From positions 64,048,001-64,112,000 of the forward strand of contig NC_086097.1 in NCBI RefSeq assembly GCF_963921235.1: 64,000 nt of DNA, in the 5' to 3' direction. The notes below the pieces were generated by a model. It was not told the DNA's origin. It did not search any database and saw only the letters and a program-made list of their open reading frames with translations. The stretch comes from Mobula hypostoma. Its lineage: Eukaryota. A program made the position numbers and the translations under genes. Positions 13,563-25,623 of the stretch are shown piece by piece (within the stretch, counting starts at the first letter, position 1; each line of letters opens with the position of its first letter).

Positions 13563-13564
13563 AG

Positions 13565-14675
13565 AGCCCATTGTATTACAGAAAAGATAGTAGCATGGAT
13601 AGAAGATTGGTTGAATGGTAGGAGGCAAAGAGTGGGAATAAAGGAGTACTTTTATGGTTGGCTGCTGGTGACTAGTGGTGGTCTGCAGGGCTTGGTGCTG
13701 GGATCACTTCATGTTATATGTCAATGATTTGGATGATGGAATTGATAGTTTTTGTGGCCAAGTTTGTGGATGATACGAAGATAGGTGGAGGTGCAGGTAG
13801 TGTTGAGAAAGCAGGGAGTCTGCAGAAGGACTTATTCAGATTAGGAAAATGGACAAAGAAATGACAGATGCAATATTGTGTAGGGAAGTGTATGGTCAGG
13901 CACTTTGGTAGAAGGAATAAAGGCATATGCTATTTGTAAACAGGGTATAAATTCAGAAATCAGAGGTGAACAGGGATTTGGGAGTCTTCGTGCAAGTTTC
14001 CATAAAGATTAACTTGCATGTTGAGTGGATGGTGAAGAAGGCAAATGTAATGTTAGCACTCATTTTGAGAGGACTGGAATATAAGAACAAGGATGTGATG
14101 CTAAGCATTTTTAAGGCATTGGTCAGACCATACTTGGAGTATTATGAGCAGTTTTGGTACCCTTATCTAAGAAAAGATGTGCTAGTATTGGAGAGGGTCC
14201 AGAGGAGATTCACTAGAATGATTCCAGGAATGAATGTGTTAATGTATGAAGATAGTTTGATGGTTCTGGGTGTGTACTTGCTGGAGTTTAAAAGAATTGG
14301 GGGGGGGGGAATCTCATTGAAACCTATTGAATATTGAAAGGCCTAGATAGAGTAGATGTGGAGAGGATGTTTCCTATAGTGGGTTAGACTAGGGCCAGAG
14401 GGCACAACCTCAGAATAGAAGAACATCCCTTTGGAAGAGAGATAAGGAATAATTTCTTTAACCAGAGAGTAGTGAATCTATTGCTGGAGATAGCTGTGGA
14501 AGCCAAGTTATTGGGTATATTTAAAACAGAGGTTGATGGGCTCTCAATGAGCAAGGGTGCCAAAAGTTACAGGAGAATGGGGCTGAGAGGGATAACAAAT
14601 CAATCATGAAGTAATGGTGGAGCAAACTTGATAAATCAACTGGCCTAACTCTGCTCCTATGTCTTATGGTCTTAA
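13565..14675 (+). mobile_element. CR1 LINE 3' fragment
   Basis: ORF 13966-14337 has ALVRPYLEY...RRFTRMIPGM, and the element ends in the tail CTATGTCTTATGGTCTTA. Confidence 0.9.
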
Positions 14676-14717
14676 CTCTTTGCAGACCTTCTTGGCAACT
14701 GTTCACTCCAGCAGGTG

Positions 14718-15209
14718 AAAGCAACACACATAAAAATTGCTGGTGAACGCAGCAGGCAAGGCAGCATCTATAGGAAAAGGTACAGTCGACGTTTGGGGCC
14801 GAGACCCTTCATCAGGACTAACTGAGAGAAGAGCTAGTAAGAGATTTGAAAGTGGGAGGGGGAGATCCAAAATGATAGGAGAAGACAGGAGGGGGAGGGA
14901 TTCAGCCAAGAGCTGGACAGGTGATTGGCAAAAGGGATATGAGAGGATCATGGGACGGGAGGCCTAGGGAGAAGGAAAGGGGGAGGGGGGAAGCCAGAGG
15001 ATGGGCAAGGAGTATAGTGAGAGGGACAAAAAGGAGAGAAAGGGAAAAAAATTAATAATAAATAACGGATGGGGTACGAAGGGGAAGTGGGACATTAACG
15101 GAAGTTAGAGAAGTCAGTGTTCATGCCAGCAGGTTGGAGGCTACCCAGACAGAATATAAGGTGTTGTTCCTCCAACCTGAGTGTGGCTTCATCTTGACAG
15201 TAGAGGAGG
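14718..15209 (-). mobile_element. Penelope-like element 3' end: GIY-YIG C-terminus, pyrimidine-rich UTR and terminal repeat with a hammerhead motif
   Basis: Minus strand 15206-15095 translates LYCQDEATLRLEEQHLIFCLGSLQPAGMNTDFSNFR*, matching the PLE GIY-YIG end motif (E..hI..L.tL.P.GhN). Confidence 0.8.
14784..14819 (-). ncRNA. Minimal hammerhead ribozyme motif with a G12-to-C core mutation (probably inactive)
   Basis: AGUC-CUGAUGA-A-GGGU CUCG GCCC-CAAAC-GUC^GACU. It matches the intact copy except for CAAA in place of GAAA (position 14795). Confidence 0.7.
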
Positions 15210-15534
15210 TGGATAACATTTTCATCCCCACCTTAACTATCCCCTTTGTGATGCATGGTAGTGCTGAAACCCCAGTTGTACACAAAGGATCTGACAGGGC
15301 ACTTCCTACTCTCATCCATTTAAGGTCTTGGTGCTTGTTTGAAAGTTCTAGTGATGAGACATTCAGCCAAGGGGTTCTGATAGTGTGCACAAGAACCAAA
15401 TGGTAGGATTGGCAGGGCCCTGAGGATATTCGCTGCAGATCATTGGCTTATTGACTAATTGATAAAGGAATTGTCATTTGTTTATTATTGTCAGTTGCAC
15501 TGAGATACAGTGAAACACTTTTGTTTGCATCCAG

Positions 15535-15845
15535 GGCTTGCCCTTTTCTCATTGTTACCATTGGGAAGGAGGTATAGAAGCCTGAAGGCACACACTCAGC
15601 GATTCAGGAACAGCTTCTTCCCCTCTGCCATACAATTCCTAAATGGACATTGAACCCGCAAACACTACCTCACCTTTTTTTTAATATATATATAATTTCT
15701 GTTTTTGCACAATTTTTAATATATGCAATATGCATATACTCTAATTGATTTATTTTTTTTCTTCTGTGTTATGTATTGCATTGAACTGCTGCTGCTAAGT
15801 TAACAAATTTCACATCACATGCCGGTGATAATAAACCTGATTCTT
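15535..15845 (+). mobile_element. Rex1/Babar LINE 3' end
   Basis: AGGAACAGCTTCTTCCCCTCTGCC and the GATAATAAACCTGATTCT tail. Confidence 0.8.
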
Positions 15846-16939
15846 ATTCATCCAGACAGGACAGTCCATCCATACTGTAAGTCAGAAAAAGATTTATTAT
15901 CACTGACATAGGACATAAAATTTGTTGTTTTGCATCAAGATTTACAAAAAAAATGTAGAATATGGTGTTACAGTTACAGAAAGTGCAGTGCACTGGAATG
16001 AAACATTTCACACCAAATTACAACGACTGGAATTTGTTTCAACCTCAACATGTAGCGACAGATGGTATATGTACTCCTGGATGGTGCACACACACATAGG
16101 GGCCACAATGGGTATATTTTTTCCTTTTGTTTTATGCATGGTTGTCAATGAACACTCATAAATTCTGTACAGTTCGCAAAAACCTGCAGCCAAATGCAGA
16201 ACATTCAAAATCTTATTGTAGAAAAGAACTGATGCAAAATAGTTCACACCAAGTGCAACAGTGACTATAACATTGTTGTATATCACATGGTACAATTACA
16301 GCCAATCAAATAGCTCTTGCCCTCTTTACCACTGCATGAGAACTGTAGATATTTTGAACGGGCCACACAACCTCAGAGCTTTCGGTGGCAGACGTGAACC
16401 CGCAGTGCAAAAATAAACCAAATCTAATTCAGCAATAACCATCATGTTTGTTTAGTTATCATCCCATATGGTAAATTCTGCTAGGTATCAATTTATTGGT
16501 TGCCAGTTATAAATATTTGTGATACTTGTATATGTTTCTTTGTACTTGATACCATTGACAGGATTGAGTGTGCAAATATCAAGTTAAAAGAAGGCTGATA
16601 ATTCAGCTTATGTTTAATGCAGGTGATCACTGAAATTTTGTCCTGCACTGTGACTTTTATGCCCCTCAATTCAATCCCAATGTATCATCAGGACCTACGG
16701 CTGGTATACTTATTAAATAGGCTTTTTCAGTCCTGTACAACAGCTTCAATTAATTTCACCTGACTTTATTTTTAACAAATAAATCGTTCTTTAATACAAG
16801 TCCCTGGTGTCAAATCACACTCAGCTTTGCTAATTGTATCTATTGAAACTATCTGCATTTAACCGTGTAAATGCTGTAGGTGGCAAAGTGGCAAATTTTT
16901 GCTTGCTCTGTGAGATGTGAAGTTGGAGAATAATTGGCT

Positions 16940-17930
16940 TGCAACATCCTTGTAGATATTCTCTCTACTCTTTCAACCTTATTAATAGTTTCCCTGTAGG
17001 CAGGTGACCAGAACATCACACAACACTTCAAATTTACCCTTACTGATATCTTATACAACTTCAGCATAACTTTCCAACTCCTGAACTCAATGCTCTGATT
17101 TACGAAAGTTAATGCACCAAAAGCTCTCTTTGCAATTCTGTCTAGCTGCGACACCACTTTCAAGAAATTGTGAATCTGTATACACTGATCCCGCTGTTCT
17201 ACCGCATTCCTAAATGCTCTACCAGTCATGCTAAAAATCCGACCCTGGTTTGTTCTCCCACAAGGGTCTTCATTGCCCACGTGCTCCAGAGATTAGCACA
17301 GGACCAGTCATCAGCCATCATCCTGATTTGGTCATAGGCGAAATGTAGTGGGTTGAGGTTATCTGGGAGGCTGAAGTTAATGCAAGCCATGACCAGCCTT
17401 CCAAAGCACCTCATGATGGTGGATGTCAGGGCCGTTGGGCGGTAGTTATTAAGGCACATTGTCTTGTTTCCCTTAGGTACTGGGATGATAGCGATCATCT
17501 TAAAGCATTGGAGGCTGCTGGGCTGGGTGTTCAAAACATGTATAGAATGGGTTCAGCCCATTGGGAAGGGGTGCTCTGCTGTTGGTGATGCTGCCTGGCT
17601 CTGTTTTGTGGCCTGTTATAGCATGTAAGTCCTGCCACAATGGACTGGCGTCCCTGATAGCTTTACGGAAGTCATATCACAATTTCTTGTAAAGGTCAGG
17701 GCACCCTGATTTGAATGCCACCACCCTAAACTTCAGTAAGGAGTGGTCTTCCTGTTAATCCAATGTTTCCAGTTTGGAAACGCTCTCTTTGGTACACAGT
17801 TCTCACACTTATTAACAAAGACCACATACTTATCTAGGCTGAGTGCTGAGTCTTTGAACATGGACCAATCTACTTACTCAAAGCAGTCGCAGAGAACCTC
17901 ATCTGTTTCCATTGTGTAGCTGTCCTGATG
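16940..17930 (-). mobile_element. Adjacent CR1 (about 16940-17260) and Rex1 (about 17260-17930) fragments
   Basis: ORF 16849-17280 is CR1-like (EQRD...MLKLYK). ORF 17226-17534 is Rex1-like (IIPVPK...LNNYRPTALTSTIMRCF). Confidence 0.8.
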
Positions 17931-18529
17931 ATCTTTAATTACTTACTTCAACTTGAGTATGTGTGTCTAAATATCAGGGATCTTTACAAAACCTTATCAA
18001 AGTGATTTACATGTTTTCAAGTTCCATTTCTAAATTTGCTGGCTTTTAAGAACTTTCAAGGGTGGGCCCTGCATACTTTTTTCCCCTGAGACCTAGTTGC
18101 CATCTGAAACCCAGGGTGCGGAGGACCAGTAAAATGGACCTTCATTAGCTGGCTCAGATAAATATGGGCAAGGACGGACTTTGGATGGTGGTTCCAGAGG
18201 CAGTCTGGGTCCAGTACAATCTGATCCATTATCTACTGAACATAAGAATGATGCTTGGGAACAATACATAAAGATCAGCCTTTCCTCCTGATTCACCTCT
18301 GTTCAGGCAATAGGAAGATCAACAACTGTGGGGAGAGTGAAAGGACAGCACCTGGTATTAAAAACTAAACTATCTTTGTGAGTTCTGTCAGGTCCCTCTC
18401 AATGCTTCACAATAAGGCAGGCGTTGCTGCTGGTGCTATAAATTCAGATATTTAGTACAGCAAACTATTTTAAAGTCATTGAGTTATTCAGATTGAAACA
18501 TAGCATTCAGCTCATTATATCCACACTGA

Positions 18530-21210
18530 CAGGCGCCACAGTGGGGCGACGTTTTGTATGGGGCTTCTGTCAAGTGCTCCTTTTTGGAACTACAGTACTG
18601 CAGTTGTAATCTGCAACCACAGGCACTGCGGGAAGTAACATTGTTTCACGGCATTTCAAAGAACTGGCTAGATTCAAAGCCAGCAGATTCGGGTCTGTTG
18701 GCCATCCAGAGTGTGAGAGGAGCAGCTGGAAGCTCAGGAAATGTCTCCCTTGTTTCAGGAAACAAGGCCGCTGGGGAGAGCTTCAGGTAAAACTGAAGTG
18801 CGGGGCCCTAAGACCTGCCCCCGATCATCCTCCTGGCTAATGTACAGTGTCGAGAAAATAAAACTGAAGACCTCAGAGCAAGTCTGCTCTACCAAAGGGA
18901 TGTCAGGACTGTTGTTCACTCTATAGTCCACGTTACTCCAGATTAAACCCCCTGTGCTCAAAGGACAGGGAGAACTTGCTAGAAGATCGAAAGGATATCA
19001 ATGATTGATGGTGGCCACTGATATTAAACCTGGTTCTGATTTTGACTTTCAAGAGCTTCTTAACCACAACAGCACTCCTGAACCAGAGATTATGAATCAG
19101 AATCTCCAGAGGCCTGTGCGAGTAGACAAGGGGGAACCTTGCAGTATGAAAGAGGTTCGTGATAGTGCCTGGACACTGAAAAGCAATGAAGCCATGGGTC
19201 CTGACGCAATCCCAGCAGAGACCCTTAAGGAATGTGGACCAGCACTCCTGCACCTCAAGTATGCCTTCCTCCTAAAGGTCTGGGAAAAGGAAGAGCAGGG
19301 GGCTCCCTCAGAGCAGGGGGATTCTCTTAACAGTGACATATTCAAGAAGAGAGATAAGGCAAATTGAGGCAATTACAGGGGTATCTCCCTGCTGTCATCA
19401 CAGGCAATGTGCTTGCATGTATTCTTGTCCAGCAACTCTGAAGAAGTACTCCCTGAACACAGTGTGGTTTCTACCCATCTAGAGGTACCGCAGACATGAT
19501 CTTCACAGCACGCCAATTACAGGGAAAATGCCATGAACAAAGGCAACCCTTAGACTTGGCTTTCATAGATTTCACAAAGGCATTTGCCTCAGGAGACTGC
19601 CAAGTGCTCTGGCATATACTATCCTGGCAAGTACTTACAAATACAGAGACTACTGCATGATGGCATGTAGGCCTCAGTACTCAGTAATAGTGGCACTGAA
19701 TCTGAACCCTTCACTGTCAAGACAGGAGTCAAACAGGGCTGTATCACTGCACCTAGCCCATTTGCCATCTTTATTGCTATCATCTTTCACCTTGTAGGAT
19801 CTTGGGAATAAAACACGCAAGAATCGTTTTTGTGTTTAATAAAAGCCACAGTTCTTTACTTCCATTGGGAACAAAATAAAAGCAGCCGCTTTACACAGAT
19901 GTCATTATGTCAGGTACCATCTCTTAAAGTGAGCACAACAACTCAATGTCAGTGTTTGTGATTTGTGTAGAACAGTGTCTATTATGAACAATATGTGTTA
20001 TCTGTCTCCCATTATACTACCCTGCAACCTCACTGGCCAAGACCTACCACAGGGAATCCCTTTTGAGTATAGAATGGACAACAGGCTTTCAAACTTCAGC
20101 TGGGTCAAGGCCAAGAATAAGGCCAACTATCATGGAGTTTCAGTATGTGGACGACAACGCCATCACAGCACGCTCTGAAGAAGATCTACAATGCATCCTG
20201 AATGCCTTCTGTAAAGGCATATAGAGCCCTGGGTCTTGTTTTGAATATAAAAAAAGACACAAGTCCAAAATCAGCTACCACCCAACCAACCATTATCCGG
20301 CTCTCCATAAAAGTTGACAGTCATCCTTGAAAATGTAGACTACTTTCCCTGCCTTGGCAGCATTCTCTCCTCAAAAGCAGACATGGACTCCAAGATCAAC
20401 CATCGCCTAAGTAGCACTGGTGGAGCCTGTGCAAGATTAAGGAAAAATTAAGGAAGAGTGTTGTCCTTCCTACATTACTGTATAGAACTGAACAATGGAC
20501 CACCTGCAGTATCTGAAAGCCCTGGAACAATGACACCAAATAACATTACACCAAAGATTTTGAAGATCAGCTGGAAGGACAGACAAGCATACGGGAGGAG
20601 GACAACATGAACAGCATCACCACTATGATAAAGCCACACTAAATCCAATGGATAGGTCATGTCATTCAGATGCCTAACTCATGTCTCCCCAAGCAGACCC
20701 TTTACTTCCACTTAAAGGCAGGTCAGCGATCCCCTGGTGGGCAAAGAGAATGCTTCAAAGCTAACATTAAAATCAACCTGAAGAAATTCAACATTACACC
20801 TAAAAACTGCAGAGAGCAAGTGGACACAAAATAATCTGCAGATGCTGGGGTCAAAGCAACACTCACAACAAGCTGGAGGAACTCAGCAGGTTGGGCAGCA
20901 TCCGTGGAAAAGATCGGTCGACGTTTCGGGCCAGAACCCTGACAAAGGGTTCCAGCCCGAAACGTTGACCAATCTTTTCCACGGATGCTGCCCACCCTGC
21001 TGAGTTCCTCCAGCTTGTCGTGAGTGTTGCAGAGAACAAGTGGAGGCTGGGAAAGAAGAGAATGACCCAACCACTATCCACAGTCACACTTACTCTTGGC
21101 CACACTGCACCAGAATATGTGGATCCTGGATCCTGGATTGGCCTCGGCAGCCACCTGAGGACCCACCAACAGACAAACCCTTAGGAGAGCATCATACTCA
21201 ACTTGGTAAC
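18530..21210 (+). mobile_element. Decayed RTE-clade LINE carrying younger insertions
   Basis: AMGPDAIPAETLK, NYRGISLL, FIDFTKAF, GVKQGC and QYVDD remnants, plus a C-terminal C2H2-like PHCTRICGS...HLRTH motif typical of RTE ORFs. Confidence 0.75.
20825..21030. repeat. Head-to-head inverted pair of Penelope-like terminal repeats (85-bp arms, 5-nt spacer) with a roughly 17-bp TSD
   Basis: Arms at 20856-20940 and 20946-21030 are near-perfect reverse complements. The flanking direct repeat TGCAGAGA(G/A)CAAGTGGA lies at 20808-20824 and 21028-21044. Confidence 0.85.
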
Positions 21211-21824
21211 CACAAGAAGACTCTGCTTCACAGAGACATGGCTCACCCCAGGCACTCCAGACACTGAACTCTAGTCCAAAGGCATCACCTTCCTCCGCCC
21301 AGACTGGAAGATGGCATCAGATGAAGGCGGAGGCGGCTGTGTTTGCTTCATTGTGGTGACAGACATGACAGTTCTCTCTTAGTCCTGCTCCGCCAACCTG
21401 GAACACCTTGCAGTCGAGTTTTGTCCATTTTCCCTGCCAAGAGAGATCTCTGGTGTCATTCTAGTAGTGGTTGATCTCCTACCACTGGCAAGCATTACGG
21501 TAGTACTCGAGGGACGGGCATCATTCACGAGACACCGTGTCCTGATGCCTTCTTGATCATCACGGGTACTTCCACCGAGTCAGCTGGATGAAGCATCTGA
21601 CAAATTACTACCAACATGTCATGTGCAGAGCCAGAGGAGCCAACTCACTTTCTCACTGTTAGACCGCCATTAAGAGAATGCCTACCTTTCCATCTCACAC
21701 CCGCCATTAAAGTTCTGAACGGACAGTGAACCCATGAACACCACCTCACCATCTATCTCACTAATTTTGCTCCCCTTTGCACTACATATATAAAACATTT
21801 TTTAAAAGTTATGTATATACCTCT

Positions 21825-23250
21825 ACAGACACAATGCATTCCGGTTAATTGCGACACACGGGGAACAGTACATTTTGGCCCAATTAAGTGGCTGCCCCAA
21901 TTGGCCAAATTTGCCTGGAAATAGTTAAAAAGATATAAAAAAGACAAACTGAGGAACAAATAATGTATTTAAATGAAATACAAAACAAATTACATCACTA
22001 CCAATAGTACTACAGCATTATAAAATGGTGTAGTAGCTCTCAATAGTTATCACCGGAGGAATTCATCCACTGTATGCAATGGACAAATTTGGTTAATCGT
22101 GGCAGCCGCTTATTTGAGATAACTGTTAAAGAGCAAAAACTAATTGAGAAAATAGCCTTTGTTTATTTCGAGCACAATGCCACTTAATTGGGACAGGAGA
22201 CTGTTGCCGAACAGTTTCTATCTAGTGTCAGTCGCGTGCACTTGTGTGGACGTTAGACACTACACCATGCTTTAAGGCTGATTTATACTTGTGCGTACTA
22301 GCTTATGCTGCAGCCTACGCAAGTGGGCTATGCCATTATGAGCATTTAAACTTGTGCGTTGGTGTGTCTGCATCGCTCTGCAATTCACCGCCAATATGCT
22401 AGTTGCTAGTGGGGTTTCTATGCCACCGTATTGAGTTTCTTCGTGTTGAAACTCAACACGAAGAAACTCAAACTTCAAACAATAGCGACTGAAACTGAAG
22501 GATAGTGAATTTTCTGTGCTTGTCCGGCCACTGAGAGACATGGACGAGGAAATGCATTTCAAATATTTTCGGATGTCGGCAGGTAGATTTGACGATTTGG
22601 TTCATCGTCTCCAACCATTTATTTCGCATCAGTGTACACACAGTATACTCAGAGACTGGCAGTCACCATTCGAGTTTTAGCTTCAGGTGGAAGTCAACAA
22701 GCTGTAGCAGCTAGCTACAAACTGGCGTCAAGCACAGGGTCCTCCATAATTTCGGAGGTCTGTAAAGCTTTATGGAAAGCATTGCAGCCAGAGTTCCTTC
22801 CCTGCCCTTCAGTCGCCCAATGGGAAGCTATTGCAGCATAGGAGGAAATGCAATGCTACCAAGCAGACCAATCACAGTTGTTGCAGTCTGCGACGCCGCG
22901 ATGTGTAGTTACATTTTGGGACAGGTGCGTATTAGGCTAGGGTGTAAGATTCGGTGTAGATACAGGGTAGGGTTCACAGCTATGCCGTACCTACGGCGTA
23001 TATTTGACGCACAAGTTTAAATCAGCCTTTAGAGTGAACAGTTTTTAAATAGCATCAGTTGCGTGCATTTGTGTTCAAAAAGCAGTGGTTTTTATCACTG
23101 ACAGTTTGTGAGAAGTAAGCAGTAAAACAATTTAGAATTGTTCTGCTCACTATGATTTCAAGCATTGGGGCTCGGAGATGCCAGAAATGGCTGGGAGTGA
23201 ATATGAAAGAATTTCACTACTTCAACAAGCTAAGAACAATGAAGCAGGTA
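21825..23250 (+). mobile_element. Tigger/pogo-like non-autonomous element hosting the Harbinger insertion
   Basis: The left end resembles Tigger TIRs (CA.TG.ATTCCGGTTAATTG...CCCAATTAA). The sequence rejoins as CATGCTTTAGAG when the Harbinger is removed. Confidence 0.5.
22275..23028 (+). mobile_element. PIF/Harbinger internally deleted DNA transposon with TIRs and TTA TSD
   Basis: The left TIR AGGCTGATTTATACTTGTGCGT pairs with ACGCACAAGTTTAAATCAGCCT, and TTA flanks both sides (22272-22274, 23029-23031). The transposase remnant reads [14 protein letters not shown]...[24 protein letters not shown]...[11 protein letters not shown]. Confidence 0.9.
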
Positions 23251-24934
23251 AAAGGTTTCTTAGCACTCGGACAAGAATTATTAGGATAGAAAGCAGCTTT
23301 TTTCACCCGGCCGTGAGACTACCGAAATCCCAGCCACCACCCAGCTCTCACCACGTATGAAGTGCTAGTGGCATCATACTGTTTGGCGGTATGCATGTAA
23401 AGAGTTGAAATGATAACAAACTTGAACTTGATACAAAAATGTGCACATTCTCACTATTTCACTTAAAGCATTAATCTGGGATAATGTGCGATAAACACCA
23501 TTGAATGTTGAAATTTAATAAACTGAGTTTTGACTGGGAGATCGTTTGATTCCTTTGATTTTGTATCAATGGGATAATCTGTAATGGGGAATTCCAATGT
23601 AAATAAAATACTCCAGCTCAGCCTGATCTCACAAGTTCAGATGTGCTGAACATGACGTTCGTCACCATGGCATCAGTAAAATAAGACGATGATTGTATTT
23701 ATCATGTACGTATGTACTGTTTCACATCTCTCTTAAGAAGGGTGACTCAACATTGAGCTGTCGTGTACTTGAATATTTGTATGCCACAAATACTCTGTAT
23801 GCAGTAACTAACTGACTCACTAAATATTTATTGCTTCACCAAACATAATACGGGCAGACAGTTTATTTCAGTGCAGTTGTTACACGAAATATTATATAAA
23901 ATGCTATTTCAGGCACATTTTGAACTCAAATTATGCAACATTTTGGCAATAAACATGAGGTTGTAGTTTTAGTTTATTCCAGACAATCCATCTGCAGGTG
24001 ATGACTGCAGATAGCAACTGGAGCACCTTCTCAGAAATTAACAGTCACAAGACAATCACTGCACTGGTGTACGACATGTGAGGCAATTCACGTGTGAAAC
24101 CAACTGAATTACAGCCGGCTGAATGCAGAAGTCAAACCTTTGGCATATTCCCCAGTGTAAGTGAAGGGGAGATTGTTATTAAAATCACTGATAATTTAAA
24201 GCGTCTTACACTTGGTGATTTGCCAGGCAATATTTGATTCCATTCTACTTTGGTCAGATCCTCAGTCCCCTCATATGAATATTTTTTATTGACTCATTAC
24301 AACACCACCGGCTCCATGCCAGCTTCCAGAAGAACAATCCCAGTCCCATTATCCTCATTTTCTTGCAACTTATTCCATCTTACTTGCTCATTAAATCCCC
24401 TTTGGCTTTTTTTTCATTTACCTGTACTTAGGTGTCATATACGGTTGCAAATTTATCAATAACATGCCCTTGAGCGGTGGGAGGAACCCAGGGCATCCAA
24501 TGGGAACCTATAGAGCCAGAGAGACAGCAGCCGAGATCAGGATCAAACCCAGATCCTTGAAGCTGCGAGGCAGCGGTGCTAAATTGCTGTGTCACTCTGC
24601 TCTCTGTTTTTCCTTTGTTTACATTTGAGACCATTGAAGTAGCACTATAACTGCAGGTTCTGAAATAACCTGCACTTTTACATTTCCCACCTGCGTGCTT
24701 TAATCCTTGGAACCACATCCAGCACTACTTCCTTCCTTTTGGGTTGGAAACACAGTGAACATGAAAGGCCTCTTCGAAAAATATCAGCAAAATTAACGTT
24801 TGGTAAAGGTCATTGACTGGAAACATTAACTCTGCTCCTTTGACAACAGATACTGAAAGTTTCCAGTATACAGTACTTGTTTTGTTTAAGATTTTTACTT
24901 TCTGTAGCATTTTCCTAAGTTTAGGGAGTTTAGA

Positions 24935-25130
24935 GTCTTGGAGCACTACAGCACAGAATCAGGCCCTTTGGCCCATCTAGTCCATTCTGAACTACAATTC
25001 TGCCTGGTCCCATTGACCTGCACCAGGACCATTCCCCTCCAATCCATGTATTTATCCAAACTTCTCTTAAATATTGAAAACGAACCTGCAACTACCACTT
25101 CAATTGGCAGCTTGTCCCACACTCTCATCA
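24935..25130 (-). mobile_element. CR1 3' terminal fragment
   Basis: VWDKLPIEVVVAGSFSIFKRSLDKYM, followed by the CR1 3' UTR GGGCC.AAGGGCCTG. Confidence 0.8.
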
Positions 25131-25184
25131 CTTCAGGAGTTACTCTCCCCTTTGTCTTTTTAAAGCTTTTCTATTTTGAGATAA

Positions 25185-25415
25185 AGCACGGAAACAGGTC
25201 CTTCTGGCTTAATGAGCCCACGCTGCCCAATTACACTCATGTGACCAATTCACCTACTAACCTGCCCGTCTTTGGAATGTGGGAGGAAACTGGAGCACCC
25301 GGAGGAAATCCACATGATCACAAAGACAATGTACAAACTCCTCACAGCAAGCAGCGAGGTTGAAGCCAGGTCGGTGGCCCTGAAGTCGTGTTATGCTAAC
25401 CACTATGCTACTGTT
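25185..25415 (-). mobile_element. tRNA-derived V-SINE (HE1-like); a related copy lies at about 24470-24610
   Basis: The V-domain-like core TGTGGGAGGAAAC.GGAGCACCCGGAGGAAA.CCAC is present. A tRNA-like head (GTAGCATAGTGGTTAGC) is on the minus strand, and the 3' end is CR1-like. Confidence 0.65.
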
Positions 25416-25623
25416 CTGCTCATCTTACCCTGCCGTTTTGTTGTGATTCCTTTTTTAATTGTCAAAGTAGCTTTCAAAATATTCACTTAAAAGAAGATGT
25501 GCATACTTGCATTCAGTAGGCCAGATACTCTTTTATGTCGATGTAACCTGTAAAATAAATATTGGCTTGGAGGCATAGGATAAACCAGGTATTCTTCAAA
25601 GTACTGCAGAGCGACCCTCTACC

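Noticed and set aside
19800..20015. Possible solo LTR inserted in the RTE
   Set aside because: It interrupts the RTE coding sequence, but I could not define termini or a TSD.
20856..21030. Long hairpin as a pre-miRNA, MITE or terminator
   Set aside because: It is better explained as two inverted Penelope terminal repeats, since the arms occur singly elsewhere in the window.
22530..22841. Domesticated HARBI1 gene
   Set aside because: It is only an N-terminal fragment with deletions, enclosed by TIRs and TSDs.
24770..24910. Further hammerhead in an old Penelope-like repeat (AAAGGTCATTGACTGGAAACATTAAC)
   Set aside because: The CUGANGA box is missing and the sequence is too decayed to call.
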